Of a stretch of 64,000 nucleotides of DNA, positions 42,711 through 55,181 are shown piece after piece. The stretch lies in assembly GCF_058153355.1 (NCBI RefSeq), contig NZ_CM177019.1; one strand, 5' to 3'. Every line of letters begins with the position of its first letter. Position 1 is the stretch's first letter. The notes under the pieces were generated by a model that was not told where the DNA came from, did no database searches, and worked only from the letters and a program-made list of their open reading frames with translations. The position numbers were made by a program, and so were the translations under genes.

Positions 42711-43772
42711 TTATTTTTCGCTGGGCGTTTTGCCTTTTTGCAGCGTCTCTTTCACCTGACCGATAAGCTGACGACGGAAATCCCCGAGGCGAGGTTTGTC
42801 ATCGTCAATCCACGGCAGCGGGCGGCAAAGCTCCATAGCTTTAATCCCCAGTCGCGCCGTCAGAAGTCCAGCACCAATCCCCTGAGCTGCGCGGGTAGAC
42901 AAACGCGCAGCGAGATCTTGCGACATCCAGTCCATCCCCACTTCGCGCACCAGTTCGCTGGCTCCGGCGAAAGCGATATTCAGCAATACCAGCTTAAACA
43001 GGCGCAAACGGCTGTAATATCCCAGTTCAATGCCATACAGCGTGGCGATGCGATTGATCAAACGCAGATTGCGCCAGGCGATAAATGCCATATCCACCAG
43101 CGCCAGCGGGCTAACGGCGATCATTAACGTTGATTCCGCCGCTGAGCGACTGATTTCGCGCCGCGCCTGAGCATCTAAAACCGGCTGGACCAGATGAGCA
43201 TACAGGCTGACCACTTCACGATCGTTCTGCGTTTCATGGATTGACGCATACCAGCGTTGCAGCGCCGGATGGGACTGATCAATACCCGCCTGCTGCGCCA
43301 GTTTTTCACAAAATGCGCGGCCTTTGCCCGTGCCGTGGCTGTGCAATAAATCACGCGCTTCGTCGCGTTCATGGGCGCGCTGTCGCAAGCGCCATAAGCG
43401 CCGCCACTCTGTTACCACAGAACCTACGCCAGCGCCGATAATCAATGCCCCAGCGGCACATCCACCCAGCGCTACCCAATCCTGAGTTTGCCAGGCATTC
43501 ATCGTCCACTGCACGCCCTGTCCGACAACGCTTGCACCAAACAGAGCCAACCCGCCCATCACCATTTTGCGCCACAGGCTGCGTTTCGGACGTAACGCCG
43601 CGTCCATCACCGCTTCAACTTGCCCCTCTTCTTCCTGCGCTTCGTCGAGCGTGGCCGGGGCAAAATTTTGCGCCTGATTTTCGTCAAAGGTCTGCTGCGC
43701 CCTGAATTTTGGATTCTGATCGACCTCCAGTGGACCGTCGAAATCAATACGTGGTTTTAACGGTTCGGTCAT
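42711..43772 (-). CDS. ycjF: UPF0283 membrane protein YcjF (353 aa)
   Basis: 353-aa ORF with TM helices; 4-bp overlap with ycjX stop. Confidence 0.8.
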   Translation of the reverse strand: MTEPLKPRIDFDGPLEVDQNPKFRAQQTFDENQAQNFAPATLDEAQEEEGQVEAVMDAALRPKRSLWRKMVMGGLALFGASVVGQGVQWTMNAWQTQDWVALGGCAAGALIIGAGVGSVVTEWRRLWRLRQRAHERDEARDLLHSHGTGKGRAFCEKLAQQAGIDQSHPALQRWYASIHETQNDREVVSLYAHLVQPVLDAQARREISRSAAESTLMIAVSPLALVDMAFIAWRNLRLINRIATLYGIELGYYSRLRLFKLVLLNIAFAGASELVREVGMDWMSQDLAARLSTRAAQGIGAGLLTARLGIKAMELCRPLPWIDDDKPRLGDFRRQLIGQVKETLQKGKTPSEK

Positions 43773-45166
43773 CGCAATTTATCTCCTATTAAAAATTCCA
43801 GCGCAGCATCAAGGCGAATATGCGGCAACGGTTTGTCGACATCCATCACCTGCGGGCGAAACGCCTCAAACTGGAAGCCTTGCTTATCCCAGAACGCCTG
43901 GCCAGGCAAACGTGCGGGAACTTCGCCAGGATACACAGTGAGCGGTGCGCCATCGCTGAGTCGATTACCGCGCAGCGCCGGGATTTTCTCACCGTTAACA
44001 TCAATAATGCCGCTGGTGGTCGCCTGAACTGACGCCAGCCCCAGGCAGTCCATGCTGATCCCTTCGAACGCCGCATTTTGCCAGGCATCCTGAATCAGTT
44101 GTTGCAGTAATGAAACCATATTGGCGTGCTGATCGATGGTCACATGATCCGCTTTAGTGGCAGCAAACAATAGCTTATCGATAACCGGCGAAAACAAGCG
44201 CCGGAACAAGGTACGCTGCCCGTAGTGGAAGCTTTGCATCAGCTGCGTCAGCGCCAGACGCATATCATTGAATGCTTGTGGTCCACTGTTGAGAGGTTGC
44301 AGGCAATCCACCAGCACAATCTGCCGATCAAAGCGCAGAAAATGATTTTTATAGAACCCCTTCACCACTTTCTCGCAGTAATAATTAAACCGTTCGCGCA
44401 GCATTCCGGCATTGGTGTGCTTGTCGGCCTGTGCAAGTTTTGATTCGCCCCAGGCATCGACATCTGGCCACGGGAAGAATTGCAGCGCGGGCGCACCTGC
44501 CATATCGCCCGGCAAGACAAAACGCCCAGGCTGAATAAAGTGCAGCCCCTGCTGTTTGCAGTGGTGGAGATAATCGGTCCATGCGGCAGCAATGTCTGCA
44601 AGACGGTTTTCGTCGGCAGGTGCTAGTGGGTCCAGCCCTTCGCACATCATTCGCCATTTTGCCGACCATTCGCCGCGCTGACCATTGAGTAAGCCTGTCA
44701 TCTGGCGCGACCAGCTTAAATAGTCCTGCGCCAACATCGGCAAGTCGAGTAACCATTCGCCAGGATAATCCACTATCTCCAGATACAACGTGGAAGTGTC
44801 TTTGAAGTGACGCAACAGCGAATCGTTCGATTTATAGCGTAGCGCCAGGCGAATCTCACTGACGCCGCGTGTTGGGGTCGGCCAGGCGGGAGGATCGCCA
44901 TATAACTGCGCCAGCCCTTCATCGTAGGTGAAGCGCGGAATGCCAAAGTCACGCTGGGGAATGCGTTTTACGCCCAGCAGGCGCTCTTCACGCACCGCAC
45001 TTAATAGCGGCAAGCGTGCTCCGGCATGAATATTGAGCAACTGATTGACCATCGCAGTGATAAACGCGGTTTTGCCGCTGCGGCTAAGTCCGGTTACAGC
45101 GAGGCGCAGATGTCTGTCGACACCCCGATTCACCAGCGCATTAAGTTCATTTTTAAGTCGCTTCAT
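43769..45166 (-). CDS. ycjX: P-loop NTPase YcjX (465 aa from [10 protein letters not shown])
   Basis: Walker A GLSRSGKT. Confidence 0.8.
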   Translation of the reverse strand: MKRLKNELNALVNRGVDRHLRLAVTGLSRSGKTAFITAMVNQLLNIHAGARLPLLSAVREERLLGVKRIPQRDFGIPRFTYDEGLAQLYGDPPAWPTPTRGVSEIRLALRYKSNDSLLRHFKDTSTLYLEIVDYPGEWLLDLPMLAQDYLSWSRQMTGLLNGQRGEWSAKWRMMCEGLDPLAPADENRLADIAAAWTDYLHHCKQQGLHFIQPGRFVLPGDMAGAPALQFFPWPDVDAWGESKLAQADKHTNAGMLRERFNYYCEKVVKGFYKNHFLRFDRQIVLVDCLQPLNSGPQAFNDMRLALTQLMQSFHYGQRTLFRRLFSPVIDKLLFAATKADHVTIDQHANMVSLLQQLIQDAWQNAAFEGISMDCLGLASVQATTSGIIDVNGEKIPALRGNRLSDGAPLTVYPGEVPARLPGQAFWDKQGFQFEAFRPQVMDVDKPLPHIRLDAALEFLIGDKLR

Positions 45167-45310
45167 TGCTGTCCTGTGGACCAGAAAAAAATCATTCGTA
45201 AGGATATGAATGTGGGGGCCATGCCCTTGATTATCAACTGCCCGTGTTGTCATCTTGAGGCGAACTCCATAAGATGTGCAGCATTCACGTTCGGACGGAG
45301 TTCCTGACCT

Positions 45311-46309
45311 ATGTCCCCTACTATTTATGATATTGCCAGGGTTGCCGGCGTATCAAAATCCACCGTATCACGCGTGCTGAATAAGCAAACCAATATCTCC
45401 CCGGAAGCGCGCGAAAAAGTGTTACGGGCCATTGAAGAATTACAGTATCAGCCAAATAAACTGGCCCGCGCGCTGACCTCTTCGGGCTTTGATGCCATTA
45501 TGGTGATTTCTACCCGCTCGACCAAAACTACGGCGGGTAACCCGTTTTTCTCCGAAGTTTTGCATGCCATTACCGCCAAAGCGGAAGATGAGGGTTTCGA
45601 CGTGATATTGCAGACGTCGCACAACCCAGCTGAAGACTTACAAAAATGTGAAAGCAAAATTAAGCAGAAAATGATTAAAGGCATTATTATGCTAAGTTCG
45701 CCAGCAGATGAGTCTTTTTTCGCCCAACTCGATAAATACGATATTCCGGTGGTAGTAATTGGCAAAGTTGAAGGTGAATATGCCCATGTTTATTCTGTCG
45801 ATACCGATAATTTTGGCGACAGTATTGCGCTGACCGATGCGCTAATTGAAAGTGGACATAAAAATATTGCCTGCCTACATGCTCCGCTTGATGTCCATGT
45901 TTCGGTTGACCGCGTTAATGGTTATAAGCAAAGTCTGGAAGATCATAATATTGCAGTGCGCAATGAGTGGATCGTTGACGGTGGTTATACCCATGAGACA
46001 GCACTACAAGCCGCGCGGGAATTATTAAGCCAGTCACCGTTGCCTGAGGCAGTGTTTGCTACTGACAGCCTGAAATTAATGAGCATTTATCGTGCGGCGG
46101 CAGAGAAAAACATTGCTATTCCGCAGCAGTTAGCGGTGGTGGGTTATAGTAATGAAACGCTGTCGTTTATATTAACGCCTGCACCGGGCGGCATCGATGT
46201 TCCGACGCAGGAGTTAGGTCAACAAAGCTGCGAGTTATTATTCCGCTTAATTGCCGGAAAACCGTCACCACAAAATATTACCGTTGCCACGCATATGTCG
46301 TTGAAATAA
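45311..46309 (+). CDS. ycjW: LacI-family transcriptional regulator YcjW (332 aa)
   Basis: N-terminal LacI HTH ([21 protein letters not shown]) plus periplasmic-binding-like domain. Confidence 0.85.
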   Translation: MSPTIYDIARVAGVSKSTVSRVLNKQTNISPEAREKVLRAIEELQYQPNKLARALTSSGFDAIMVISTRSTKTTAGNPFFSEVLHAITAKAEDEGFDVILQTSHNPAEDLQKCESKIKQKMIKGIIMLSSPADESFFAQLDKYDIPVVVIGKVEGEYAHVYSVDTDNFGDSIALTDALIESGHKNIACLHAPLDVHVSVDRVNGYKQSLEDHNIAVRNEWIVDGGYTHETALQAARELLSQSPLPEAVFATDSLKLMSIYRAAAEKNIAIPQQLAVVGYSNETLSFILTPAPGGIDVPTQELGQQSCELLFRLIAGKPSPQNITVATHMSLK

Positions 46310-46419
46310 ATGCCAGCTACGTTGCCTGAATGCCGGATGCGATGCTGGCGCATCTTATCCGGCCTACATTTATAAACCGGATAAAGTACTCGCGCCGCAT
46401 CCGGCAATTTAGCACATTA
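46310..46419. repeat. REP/BIME extragenic palindromes
   Basis: gccggatgcgatgctggcgcatcttatccggcc and ggataaagtactcgcgccgcatccggc. Confidence 0.6.
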
Positions 46420-47325
46420 TCAGAACGCGTAATTCACACCGACACCTGCATAATGGAATTTATCGCTATCGCCTTCGTCGTGATCCTGCCACTCAAACGC
46501 GTATTCCAGCGAAACGGAAAGACCATTCTGGAAATCATAACCGTAAAACAAACCAAGACGGTTAAAATCATGGCCCTCACGTTCGATATCATCCTGCCAG
46601 TCCCAGTTACTCCAGCGATCCAACCCAATGCGCGTATACGGTGTCACCGAGTGGTTGCCGAGCGTCAGCGGTAAATAGGCGCGAATTTCTTGCGTGGAGA
46701 ATTCACCGTTATTGCGGCTGTCGTCCATATTGAAGCCGCGCTCGAGATAATAGTTCACTCGCAAGGCAACCGTTTCGTTGAAGGTATATTGCAGACCCGT
46801 TTCCGTTTCGACACGGGTATCAGCATAACCGGTTGTATTCAGATCGTTGGCAAATTTATACATCGACAGCCAACCGTTGAAACGTAAATCGTCAGTCAGT
46901 TTCACGTCCCAGTCTGGCGCGATTTTCCAGCGCTGCATATTTGCCGTGTCTTTACCCGGTTCATCAACGTAGTGATAACCATAGTTACGGAAACCACCGG
47001 TCAGGCCGAAACTGAAATCATCGCTTTCGAGAAACTGATAATGCACTTCCAGTTCCGGGCGATCAAACCAGGTTCCACGTTTACCCGCGCTATAATCTAC
47101 TGGCCCTTCCTGATAATAAGCCAGCGATATTCTCCACGGCCCGTTGGCAGCATTAAAATAGACGGAAGGCTCCGCCAGCCCGTCCATATCTTCGCCATAA
47201 CCCTCAACGTTTTCTATTTCGTACATCGCGCCGATATTAAAGTGCCAGTCGTTTTTTTCCTCAGCCTGTGCGCAGGCCATTCCCGCACACATCACCAGTG
47301 CGGTACAGGGTAATAACTTTTTCAT
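46420..47325 (-). CDS. ompG: monomeric outer-membrane porin OmpG (301 aa)
   Basis: signal peptide ...MACAQA; beta-barrel ending in aromatic residue (YAF). Confidence 0.9.
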   Translation of the reverse strand: MKKLLPCTALVMCAGMACAQAEEKNDWHFNIGAMYEIENVEGYGEDMDGLAEPSVYFNAANGPWRISLAYYQEGPVDYSAGKRGTWFDRPELEVHYQFLESDDFSFGLTGGFRNYGYHYVDEPGKDTANMQRWKIAPDWDVKLTDDLRFNGWLSMYKFANDLNTTGYADTRVETETGLQYTFNETVALRVNYYLERGFNMDDSRNNGEFSTQEIRAYLPLTLGNHSVTPYTRIGLDRWSNWDWQDDIEREGHDFNRLGLFYGYDFQNGLSVSLEYAFEWQDHDEGDSDKFHYAGVGVNYAF

Positions 47326-47369
47326 TATTGTTCCTTGTATTATCCTGGGGGAATGCCTTCCCCCTGTAT

Positions 47370-48452
47370 TTAGCGAATTGCTATTTCCGTTTCTGCATCA
47401 AAGAAATGACATTTGGTCATATCGAAATGAATAGTGACGTTTTCTCCTGCATGATAATCATTTAACGCACCGGCACGGACCACCAGCTCGTGCCCCCCAA
47501 CCGTGGTGTAGAGCATAAATTCCGCACCGGTTAATTCCGCCACGCTAATTTTGGCGGAAATGTTATTTTCCTCTTGCGCATCCGGATGAATATCTTCCGG
47601 GCGTATTCCCATCACGATGGGCTTATGCAAACTTTCCTGCGTTTTTAGAACCGCTAATTTATCTTCGGGAATGGTTAATTTAAGCGTTTCCGTAACGAAT
47701 TTATCACCATCGATCGTGCCGCGAATAAAATTCATTGCTGGTGACCCAATAAATCCGGCAACAAACATATTCGCCGGTTGGTTATAGACCGTTTTCGGCG
47801 CACCGACCTGCTGAACAATCCCATCCTTCATAATGACAATCCGCGTCGCCATGGTCATCGCTTCGGTCTGATCGTGGGTCACGTAGATCATGGTGGTGTT
47901 CAGTTTCTGATGCAGCTTGCTGATTTCCGCGCGCATTTGTACGCGCAGCTTGGCATCCAGGTTAGAGAGCGGTTCATCCATCAAAAACACGCCCGCTTCG
48001 CGCACAATCGCCCGTCCGAGCGCCACACGCTGGCGTTGCCCGCCGGAAAGCGCACCCGGCTTGCGTTTCAGGTACTCACGCAGGCCAAGGATTTGCGCCG
48101 CCCAGTTAACCCGCTCATCAATCACCTCTTTGGCGATTTTTTGCATCTTCAGGCCAAACGCCATGTTGTCGTAGACCGTCATATGCGGATACAGCGCGTA
48201 GTTCTGGAAAACCATCGCGATATTGCGCGCTTTGGCCGGAACGTCGTTCATTCGTTTGCCGTCGATCAACAGATCGCCGCCGCTGATCTCCTCAAGCCCG
48301 GCAATCATACGCAGGGTGGTCGATTTACCGCAGCCCGACGGACCGACAAACACGATGAACTCTTTATCGGCAATCTCCAGGTTGAAGTCCTTCACCACAT
48401 GCACCTGGTTATCGTAGATCTTTTGAATATGTTGTAACGAAAGCTGTGCCAT
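47370..48452 (-). CDS. ycjV: ABC-transporter ATPase YcjV (MalK/UgpC-like, 360 aa, full length)
   Basis: Walker A GPSGCGKST, signature LSGGQRQRV, Walker B FLMDEP, C-terminal MalK-like regulatory domain. Confidence 0.85.
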   Translation of the reverse strand: MAQLSLQHIQKIYDNQVHVVKDFNLEIADKEFIVFVGPSGCGKSTTLRMIAGLEEISGGDLLIDGKRMNDVPAKARNIAMVFQNYALYPHMTVYDNMAFGLKMQKIAKEVIDERVNWAAQILGLREYLKRKPGALSGGQRQRVALGRAIVREAGVFLMDEPLSNLDAKLRVQMRAEISKLHQKLNTTMIYVTHDQTEAMTMATRIVIMKDGIVQQVGAPKTVYNQPANMFVAGFIGSPAMNFIRGTIDGDKFVTETLKLTIPEDKLAVLKTQESLHKPIVMGIRPEDIHPDAQEENNISAKISVAELTGAEFMLYTTVGGHELVVRAGALNDYHAGENVTIHFDMTKCHFFDAETEIAIR

Positions 48453-48465
48453 GTTGATTCCTTTG

Positions 48466-49125
48466 CTATACGTTTTGCCAGAAGGCCGATAACCGCGGCC
48501 AGGTCAGAGATTCCGTTGAGGGCAGCAACAGTTGCGCCCCGGTTAAGCTCGTGCCGATCCCCACCGAGCGCATACCGCTGGCGTTAATGGCGTCAATACC
48601 CGCCTGCGCATCTTCAATGCCGATACATGCCTGCGGCGGCACGCCCAGCCCGGCACAGGCGGCGAGAAAGATTTCCGGATCCGGTTTCGAGTGTTTAAGT
48701 TGGGAAGCGTCCGCGCAGAAGGTGAAAAACTCGCGCAGTTCCAGCGCCGCTAAAATTGTTGGGGCATTCAGAGAGACGGAGGCCAGCCCTACCGGGATGC
48801 CTTGCGCCCGAAGATCTGCCAGCAAAGGCCGAATTCCCGGCAGAACAGCGTTAACCGTCAGTTCGCGCAGTGAGTGGACGTAGAGCAGATTTTTGCGATA
48901 CGCCAGTTGCGCCCGCTCCTGTGGGTTAAAGTCGCCCTCTTTGCCCCCGTGTTGCAGAATGCGTCGCAGGGACTCATCGCGGCTGATCCCTTTTAACGTC
49001 TCGTTAAATTGCGCATCGATGCTGATGCCGATTTCGGCGGCAATCTGCTGCCATGCCTGGAAGTGCAGATGTGCGGTGTCGGTGATCACGCCATCCAGAT
49101 CGAAAATTACCCCTTGTAGTTTCAT
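48466..49125 (-). CDS. ycjU: beta-phosphoglucomutase (HAD family, 219 aa)
   Basis: HAD motif [11 protein letters not shown]. Confidence 0.85.
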   Translation of the reverse strand: MKLQGVIFDLDGVITDTAHLHFQAWQQIAAEIGISIDAQFNETLKGISRDESLRRILQHGGKEGDFNPQERAQLAYRKNLLYVHSLRELTVNAVLPGIRPLLADLRAQGIPVGLASVSLNAPTILAALELREFFTFCADASQLKHSKPDPEIFLAACAGLGVPPQACIGIEDAQAGIDAINASGMRSVGIGTSLTGAQLLLPSTESLTWPRLSAFWQNV

Positions 49126-51389
49126 TCATCCTCCTGATGCGTGGTAGCGGTCCCATTGAAGGGCAAAATAAAATCACCCAAACAGAAAACAGATTCCTCA
49201 GCCACGGATATAAGCTGACCGTTCAAACGCATTGAAACGGGCGCAGAAGTTCGAATCGCAATACGCTGCGCGTCGAGAGTGACCTGTAATTCGCAGCCCT
49301 GCCAGAACAGAGGGAAAGATAACTGTTGCCACTGCTCAGGTAACGCTGGGTTCAGATGTAATTCGCCGTCGCGCACGCTGACTCCGGCAAAACCCTGAAT
49401 CGCCCCCAGCCAGATAGCGCCAGTTGCGGCGGCATGGATACCGTCATCGCAGCTATGCGGATCAGCACCAAGATCGATTTCACTCCCCTCGCGCCAGAAC
49501 GGGTAACTCTGCGCAAGCAAGCCACAACGCGCGGCAACAATGCCGTGGATCGCTTTACTCAATGACGAGTCGTGAATGGTGCGCGGTTCATAAAATTGCA
49601 GATTGGCGAGACAAGAGGCCGCTGAAAATTGTTCTGGTAGCATGTAATTGAGCATCACCACATCGGCCTGCTTGAGGATCTGCATCTCGTTCACTTCTGC
49701 GCGTGAATAATCCAGCAGAATGGTTTGTTTGCCTGCTGCCGCTTTGTATTTCGCCAGATCTATCGCCGGTTTCGCCATAAACGAATCATCCTGCGGCAAA
49801 ACGCCGTCGGGCTGAATTTCTGGCATCCACAGCTCTTTGAGGAACATGTCGGCACGATGAATAAACGCATCGTCGCTACAGCCAAACTGGCGAGCAATAT
49901 TCAGTGCCTGTTGGACGTTGTAGCAGGCCATATAACTTGTGTATGCGTTATTGTTAACGTGTTCGGTATATTCGTCTGGCCCAATAACATCATGAATTTC
50001 CAGACGATCGTTAACCCTTACCGCGCGGCTAATCCAGAACTTTGCGGTCTCCAGCAGTAGCGCCATGCCTTCGTGAGCAATGAAGCTTTCATCCCCCGTT
50101 ACCTGCCAGTATTGAATAACCGCCCAGGCGATATCGGCAACCAGATGATGTTCTGCCTGCGCTGAGGCCACTTTTTGCCGCAGCCCGGTACGAATGTTAA
50201 TGGCGGCAAATTCCGGCGTTTCTTCTTCGCCGCTACGTGCGCTCTCCCACGGAAACAGCGCGCCCTGCCAGCCATTGCGTCGCGCTTTCTCCTGCGCGCC
50301 AGGCAAGTTGTGCCAGCGATAGCGCAGTAAACTTCGGGCAATCGTCGGTTCGCTAAACAGATGGAACGGCAGCAGGAACACTTCCGTATCCCAGAAAACG
50401 TGGCCTTTGTAGCCTTCGCCGGTTAAGCCTTTCGCCGCAATGCTGCTACGCTCGTCGTGGGCGGGCGTCATAATACGTAAATGATAAAGCGCATAGTCTA
50501 ACGCCCGCTGATCGTGCGCATCGCAACTGTTTACCGTGACACGACGTTTCTGCCACCATTGCTGCCAGTTTTCTGTGGATGCTGCAAGAAGTTGGTCATA
50601 ACTCTGCTGCGCGCACATTTCGAGCTGGCGAAGCGACGCACTGCCCCACTCGTCTAAAGCAGCTTGTCGGTCGTCCCGCCAGGCAATCCACACCCGCTTT
50701 TGCAAGGTCAGTGTCTCACCTGTGCGAAGTTGCGCGCTGGTATGTTGCAGCAAACGGCGCTCTTTTGCGGTATAGCACTGCTGAACGTCACCACTCGCCT
50801 GACAGTGACAACTGATTGCCACATCACTGCGCCCATCCTGGGTGGTGTAGATCCCCTGCATCAGGTGCTGACCGAACACCCGCACCTGGGTTTCGTCAAG
50901 ATGCTGGCGACCGTGGTTGGTTTGCGTGGCGTTAATGCCTGTTGAGATCAGCACTGATGCCTCGGCGTCCAGCGGGGTAATACTGATTTCCAGCGCGATC
51001 AACGGCAGTTGATCTGTCGAAACAAAGCGACGACTTGCAAGGGTGAACCCTGCGCCGTCGCTGGTGCGCCAGATAACACTGCGGCGTAATTCTCCACTGG
51101 CAAAGTCAAGCTCACGCTGCCACGCTTCGCGGGATAACGAAAAAATCTCGCCGTTTAGGGTAATTTCCATTCCCACCACGTCTGGCAGATTCACCAGTTC
51201 GTTGATTTCACCTTTCCCGGCTCGATGATAAAGCCCTGCCAGATACATGCCGCGCGTCTGCCGCGTGTAATCTTCTTCATGGCTGGCACGAAGCCCAAGA
51301 TAGCCGTTTCCCTGCGCCATTAATGAGGCATATTTATTCAGGGTATGCTGGCTGAAATGGGGTTCCGTTAATGTTACTGGCCTGGTCAT
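49122..51389 (-). CDS. ycjT: GH65 disaccharide (kojibiose-type) phosphorylase YcjT (755 aa)
   Basis: GH65-family length and composition; 4-bp overlaps with both neighbours. Confidence 0.8.
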   Translation of the reverse strand: MTRPVTLTEPHFSQHTLNKYASLMAQGNGYLGLRASHEEDYTRQTRGMYLAGLYHRAGKGEINELVNLPDVVGMEITLNGEIFSLSREAWQRELDFASGELRRSVIWRTSDGAGFTLASRRFVSTDQLPLIALEISITPLDAEASVLISTGINATQTNHGRQHLDETQVRVFGQHLMQGIYTTQDGRSDVAISCHCQASGDVQQCYTAKERRLLQHTSAQLRTGETLTLQKRVWIAWRDDRQAALDEWGSASLRQLEMCAQQSYDQLLAASTENWQQWWQKRRVTVNSCDAHDQRALDYALYHLRIMTPAHDERSSIAAKGLTGEGYKGHVFWDTEVFLLPFHLFSEPTIARSLLRYRWHNLPGAQEKARRNGWQGALFPWESARSGEEETPEFAAINIRTGLRQKVASAQAEHHLVADIAWAVIQYWQVTGDESFIAHEGMALLLETAKFWISRAVRVNDRLEIHDVIGPDEYTEHVNNNAYTSYMACYNVQQALNIARQFGCSDDAFIHRADMFLKELWMPEIQPDGVLPQDDSFMAKPAIDLAKYKAAAGKQTILLDYSRAEVNEMQILKQADVVMLNYMLPEQFSAASCLANLQFYEPRTIHDSSLSKAIHGIVAARCGLLAQSYPFWREGSEIDLGADPHSCDDGIHAAATGAIWLGAIQGFAGVSVRDGELHLNPALPEQWQQLSFPLFWQGCELQVTLDAQRIAIRTSAPVSMRLNGQLISVAEESVFCLGDFILPFNGTATTHQEDE

Positions 51390-52441
51390 AATTCCACACG
51401 CGTCCCTGTTTCTGCGGATTGATACAGCGCCGCCACCAGTTGCTGGATGATGTACCCTTGCTCGGCGTCGGCAATCATCACTGGCTTGCCCTGTACGTGA
51501 TTGATAAAGGCTTCCATGCTGCGCAAATGACGGTTGTCGTCGGCCAGTTCCCGTTGCATCAACGTCATTAATTCACCGTTGTTGTCGGTATAGATATGCG
51601 CCGGAAATAGCGTGGCTCCCGCTTTATCGCCGCAAAAGCTGACGTTCATAATCGACTGTTCGCGGATGTTGAGTGCAAATGATGTCTCCAGCCAAAGAAT
51701 GCCGCCGTTATGAAATTCAATGGTGCCAAACAGCGAATCTTCGACGCTGTAGGTTGCCGGGTCCCACTCGCCAAATTGACCACAGCTCTTTTGCGGGCCG
51801 ATCTTTTGAAAGCTATGCGCATTCACGCTTTTCACCGCCGGAAAGCCCAGCACATACATCGCGGCATCCAGCATATGAATGCCGATGTCGATCAGCGGGC
51901 CACCGCCCTGCAGTTCTTTATTGGTAAAGACACCCCAACCGGGAACGCCGCAGCGACGCAGGGCGCGAGCGGTCGTCACGTAAATCTCACCCAAAACGCC
52001 GTTGGTCACCTGTTCACGCAGTTGTTGCGTATCAAGGGCAAAACGATGGTGAAAGTCGTAGGCCAGCACCTTGCCCTGTTTGCGCGCGGTATCGCACATT
52101 TCCCGCGCCTGTTCTGGCGTCATGGCGGGCGGTTTCTCGCACATCACATGGCAGCCTGCCTCCAGCGCCATCAGGGTATGCTCGTAATGAAAACGGTTAG
52201 GTGAACAGACGCTTATCACGTCAGGTTTTACCGCCAGCAGCATGGCCTGCGGATCGTCCCACACGGATGCGTTCCCGTATTTCTCTGCCAGCGCCTGCGC
52301 CTGGGAAAGGCGGCTGTCACAGACAGCCACCAGTTCCAGATCGTTGCGGGTGCAGTAGTACGAAGCATGAACCTTATCCGCCACCTGGCCCGCGCCTATT
52401 ATCGCGACCCGCAGCGGAGAGCTTGTCATTGCACTTTTCAC
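51386..52441 (-). CDS. ycjS: Gfo/Idh/MocA-family NAD-dependent oxidoreductase YcjS (351 aa)
   Basis: Rossmann N-terminus RVAIIGAGQVADKVH. Confidence 0.8.
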   Translation of the reverse strand: MKSAMTSSPLRVAIIGAGQVADKVHASYYCTRNDLELVAVCDSRLSQAQALAEKYGNASVWDDPQAMLLAVKPDVISVCSPNRFHYEHTLMALEAGCHVMCEKPPAMTPEQAREMCDTARKQGKVLAYDFHHRFALDTQQLREQVTNGVLGEIYVTTARALRRCGVPGWGVFTNKELQGGGPLIDIGIHMLDAAMYVLGFPAVKSVNAHSFQKIGPQKSCGQFGEWDPATYSVEDSLFGTIEFHNGGILWLETSFALNIREQSIMNVSFCGDKAGATLFPAHIYTDNNGELMTLMQRELADDNRHLRSMEAFINHVQGKPVMIADAEQGYIIQQLVAALYQSAETGTRVEL

Positions 52442-52450
52442 AAAGACCTC

Positions 52451-53239
52451 TTAGCAGGTGCGCAACCAGGCCAAAGAATCACGGTACGCCTGAGCAGGAT
52501 CTTCTGCCCGGATACGCCCTTCATACACCACATAGCCCTGATAGTTATCGGCGCGCAACTGTTCAAACAGCGCGTGGAAATCGAGGGTGCCGCTGCCCGG
52601 CTGATAGCGATGATTATCGGCAATATGCACATGACCAAGCAGGTCACGGTTGTCATGCAGCGCCTGCGCCAGGTTATCCTCTTCGATGTTCATGTGATAG
52701 AAATCGCCGATAATCTGCACATGTTTAAGGTTGTTTTCGACGATGTAACGACGAGCATCGGCGAGCGTGTTGATCATGTGGTCCTGATAGCGGTTTAGCG
52801 GTTCGAGATACACCACCGTTCCGGTACGCGCGGCCACCTTTTCCAGGAAACGCAGGGAATCGCTCACCATTTGACGATCGCCGTCCAGGCTGCGCGGTGA
52901 GGTCATCGGCGGTAAGCGGAAGGTAAACATGCCCCACGCAGCCGGAACGACAATACCTTTGCCGCCCACTTCCGCCAGCGCCTCAAGAATGCGCTCGATC
53001 TGCTTTAAACCATTAAGACGACGTTCTTCGATAAAGTCGCCAATCCAGCCGTCATAGCCGCCGCAGGCAGTGGTCACCGGTAAACCGGTTTCTTTGATCG
53101 CTGCTTTGACTTCTTCGATATTGTTAACCAGCAGTTTGCCGTCAATCTCAAAACCATCAAAACCCATCTCTTTGATATAACGAAATTTCTCCAGAATATT
53201 TTCCGGGAAAAAGGCCTGATTCTGTGTACCGATTTTCAT
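52451..53239 (-). CDS. ycjR: xylose-isomerase-like TIM-barrel sugar epimerase YcjR (262 aa)
   Basis: AP-endonuclease-2/sugar-isomerase fold. Confidence 0.8.
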   Translation of the reverse strand: MKIGTQNQAFFPENILEKFRYIKEMGFDGFEIDGKLLVNNIEEVKAAIKETGLPVTTACGGYDGWIGDFIEERRLNGLKQIERILEALAEVGGKGIVVPAAWGMFTFRLPPMTSPRSLDGDRQMVSDSLRFLEKVAARTGTVVYLEPLNRYQDHMINTLADARRYIVENNLKHVQIIGDFYHMNIEEDNLAQALHDNRDLLGHVHIADNHRYQPGSGTLDFHALFEQLRADNYQGYVVYEGRIRAEDPAQAYRDSLAWLRTC

Positions 53240-53255
53240 TTTTCCGTTCTTAGAA

Positions 53256-54308
53256 TTAAAAAGTTACGCCCATTTTGATGCTCTGTTCCGGATGCTGGTC
53301 GACATACTGCATGTAGCTTTCCGGGCTGTTAGCAAAGGTCACCACCGGGTCGATTAAATCTTCACAATTGAGATAACCGTTCATCAGCAGTTCCCAGCAG
53401 GTTTCTTCAATACGCTTGCGACTCCAGCGCGGATAATCCGGGTTCGGTTCACTGCACGCACGAGAGAAGACAATTTTGGCGTTGTTGAAATGCGCTTCGC
53501 GTCCGAGGTTAAAACCTTCAGCAAACGGTTTGGCAAACGCAACATAGGAGATGGTGCCGCCATAAGCCAGGCCGCGCAGTGCCGATTGCAGCGCGTCGGC
53601 GTAGCCGCTGGTTTCGATAATCACATCGGCACCCTGCTTGCCGGTCAGCGTTTTAATCTCTTTGCCTACATCCGTGCCAATGGGGTTAAGGCAGAAATCC
53701 GCGCCGTGGCGACGGGCAATATCACAGCGATGAGCGATAGGATCGACACCAATCACCACCGACGCGCCAGCGCGTTTTGCCAGTTGAATGGCAATTTGAC
53801 CAATCGCGCCAAGCCCTACCACCACCACAAAATCGCCCACGCGCACGTTGGCATCGCGCACGCCGCTCATGGCAAACTGCGCCGGGTCGTAACAGACGGC
53901 GTTTTTCCACGAGCTACCTTGCGGCATTTTGCGCAGTTTGTAGTTATTCACCGCGTTAATGATGACCGTTTCGGAAAGCGGGCCGTAGCCGCATACGCTG
54001 TCGCCCACCGCGTAGTCGGTAACCTCGCTGCCGCACTCGATAATGTCGCCAACCACCATGTTGCCAAGCTGGAACTTGCCAAACTCAATGCCGCGCGGCG
54101 CATCTGCCGGACGCGGGGTGAACATCTGCCATTCGCCATTAAAGTCTTCATTAATAAACGGGCTGGCGGCGCGGAAATCGACCACTTCCGTCCCGTGTTT
54201 CGGCGCGCCGAACCGCACGCGGATCTTCACTTCATTGGCTGAAATCGCCCTGTCTTCATACTCCACCAACGCGGCAACGCGCGGTGCTGTGGCTACTAAC
54301 TTTTTCAT
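53256..54308 (-). CDS. ycjQ: Zn-dependent medium-chain dehydrogenase YcjQ (350 aa)
   Basis: MDR family with cofactor motif VVGLGAIGQIA. Confidence 0.8.
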   Translation of the reverse strand: MKKLVATAPRVAALVEYEDRAISANEVKIRVRFGAPKHGTEVVDFRAASPFINEDFNGEWQMFTPRPADAPRGIEFGKFQLGNMVVGDIIECGSEVTDYAVGDSVCGYGPLSETVIINAVNNYKLRKMPQGSSWKNAVCYDPAQFAMSGVRDANVRVGDFVVVVGLGAIGQIAIQLAKRAGASVVIGVDPIAHRCDIARRHGADFCLNPIGTDVGKEIKTLTGKQGADVIIETSGYADALQSALRGLAYGGTISYVAFAKPFAEGFNLGREAHFNNAKIVFSRACSEPNPDYPRWSRKRIEETCWELLMNGYLNCEDLIDPVVTFANSPESYMQYVDQHPEQSIKMGVTF

Positions 54309-54338
54309 GTAAAACTCCTTGTCAAGAAACTGGCCGCT

Positions 54339-55181
54339 TTAGCCCTTCACGCCACCGGCGGTCAAACCACTCTTAATAAAACGTTCCGAAAGTGCATACA
54401 TAATCACCACCGGCAATGCGGTCACCAGCGAGGCCGCCATCATTCGGCCCCAGATGTAATCAGGGGTACTGAACAGCGCGTTCAGGCCTACCGGTAAAGT
54501 GAAATTGCTGGCGCTGGAGAGGAAAATCGAGGCAAACAGATAGTCGTTCCATGCCACCATAAAGCAGTAGACGAACACGGATATCAGCCCGGACATCGCC
54601 AGCGGTACCGTGATGCGGAAGATGATTTGCAACCGGTTGAGGCCATCCATCATCGCCGCTTCTTCGATTTCATCGGGGATGGTGTCGAAGTAGCTTTTCA
54701 GCATAAACACGGCGGTAGGCAGGGTTTGCGTCACCATGGTGATGATCAGCGCCATCTCGGTGTCGTAAATGCCAAGCGCAGTGATGATTTTGAACAGCGG
54801 CACCACCAGCAAAATGCCGGAGAACATGTACACCGTGTAGAAGCTGGCGTTGATGGTCATTCGCCCTTTAAAGCGCAGGCGGGAAAGCGCGTAAGCCCCG
54901 AGAATGCCGAGAAATACTGCTATCACGGATGAAACTACCGACACCACCAGGCTGTTACGGAAATAATCGACAAACGGGAAAATCACCGGGTTAAAAATGT
55001 CGACGTAATGCTCCAGCGTCCACTGCTGTGGCAGCAGCGTAGGATGCAGCGAGATCGCCTCTTTCGCGCTTTTGAACGAGGTCATCAGCATCACAAAAAA
55101 GGGAAACAGCGTGATGATGAGAAACAGCGCCAGCCCGCAGTAAAAACCGATGCGACTGAGTGTGCGTTTATTTGTTGCCAT
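54339..55181 (-). CDS. ycjP: sugar ABC-transporter permease YcjP (280 aa)
   Basis: MalG-like permease; overlaps ycjO. Confidence 0.8.
   Translation of the reverse strand: MATNKRTLSRIGFYCGLALFLIITLFPFFVMLMTSFKSAKEAISLHPTLLPQQWTLEHYVDIFNPVIFPFVDYFRNSLVVSVVSSVIAVFLGILGAYALSRLRFKGRMTINASFYTVYMFSGILLVVPLFKIITALGIYDTEMALIITMVTQTLPTAVFMLKSYFDTIPDEIEEAAMMDGLNRLQIIFRITVPLAMSGLISVFVYCFMVAWNDYLFASIFLSSASNFTLPVGLNALFSTPDYIWGRMMAASLVTALPVVIMYALSERFIKSGLTAGGVKG

Noticed and set aside
47778-48437. 219-aa plus-strand ORF antisense to ycjV
   Set aside because: ycjV on the opposite strand has complete ABC-ATPase motifs; the antisense frame is Arg/His-rich with no recognisable fold.
53490-54242. 250-aa plus-strand ORF antisense to ycjQ, and similar ORFs in ycjS/ycjR (51710..52204, 52367..52798)
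   Set aside because: Shadow ORFs opposite genes with clear dehydrogenase motifs; Arg/Ala/His-rich composition indicates non-coding frames.
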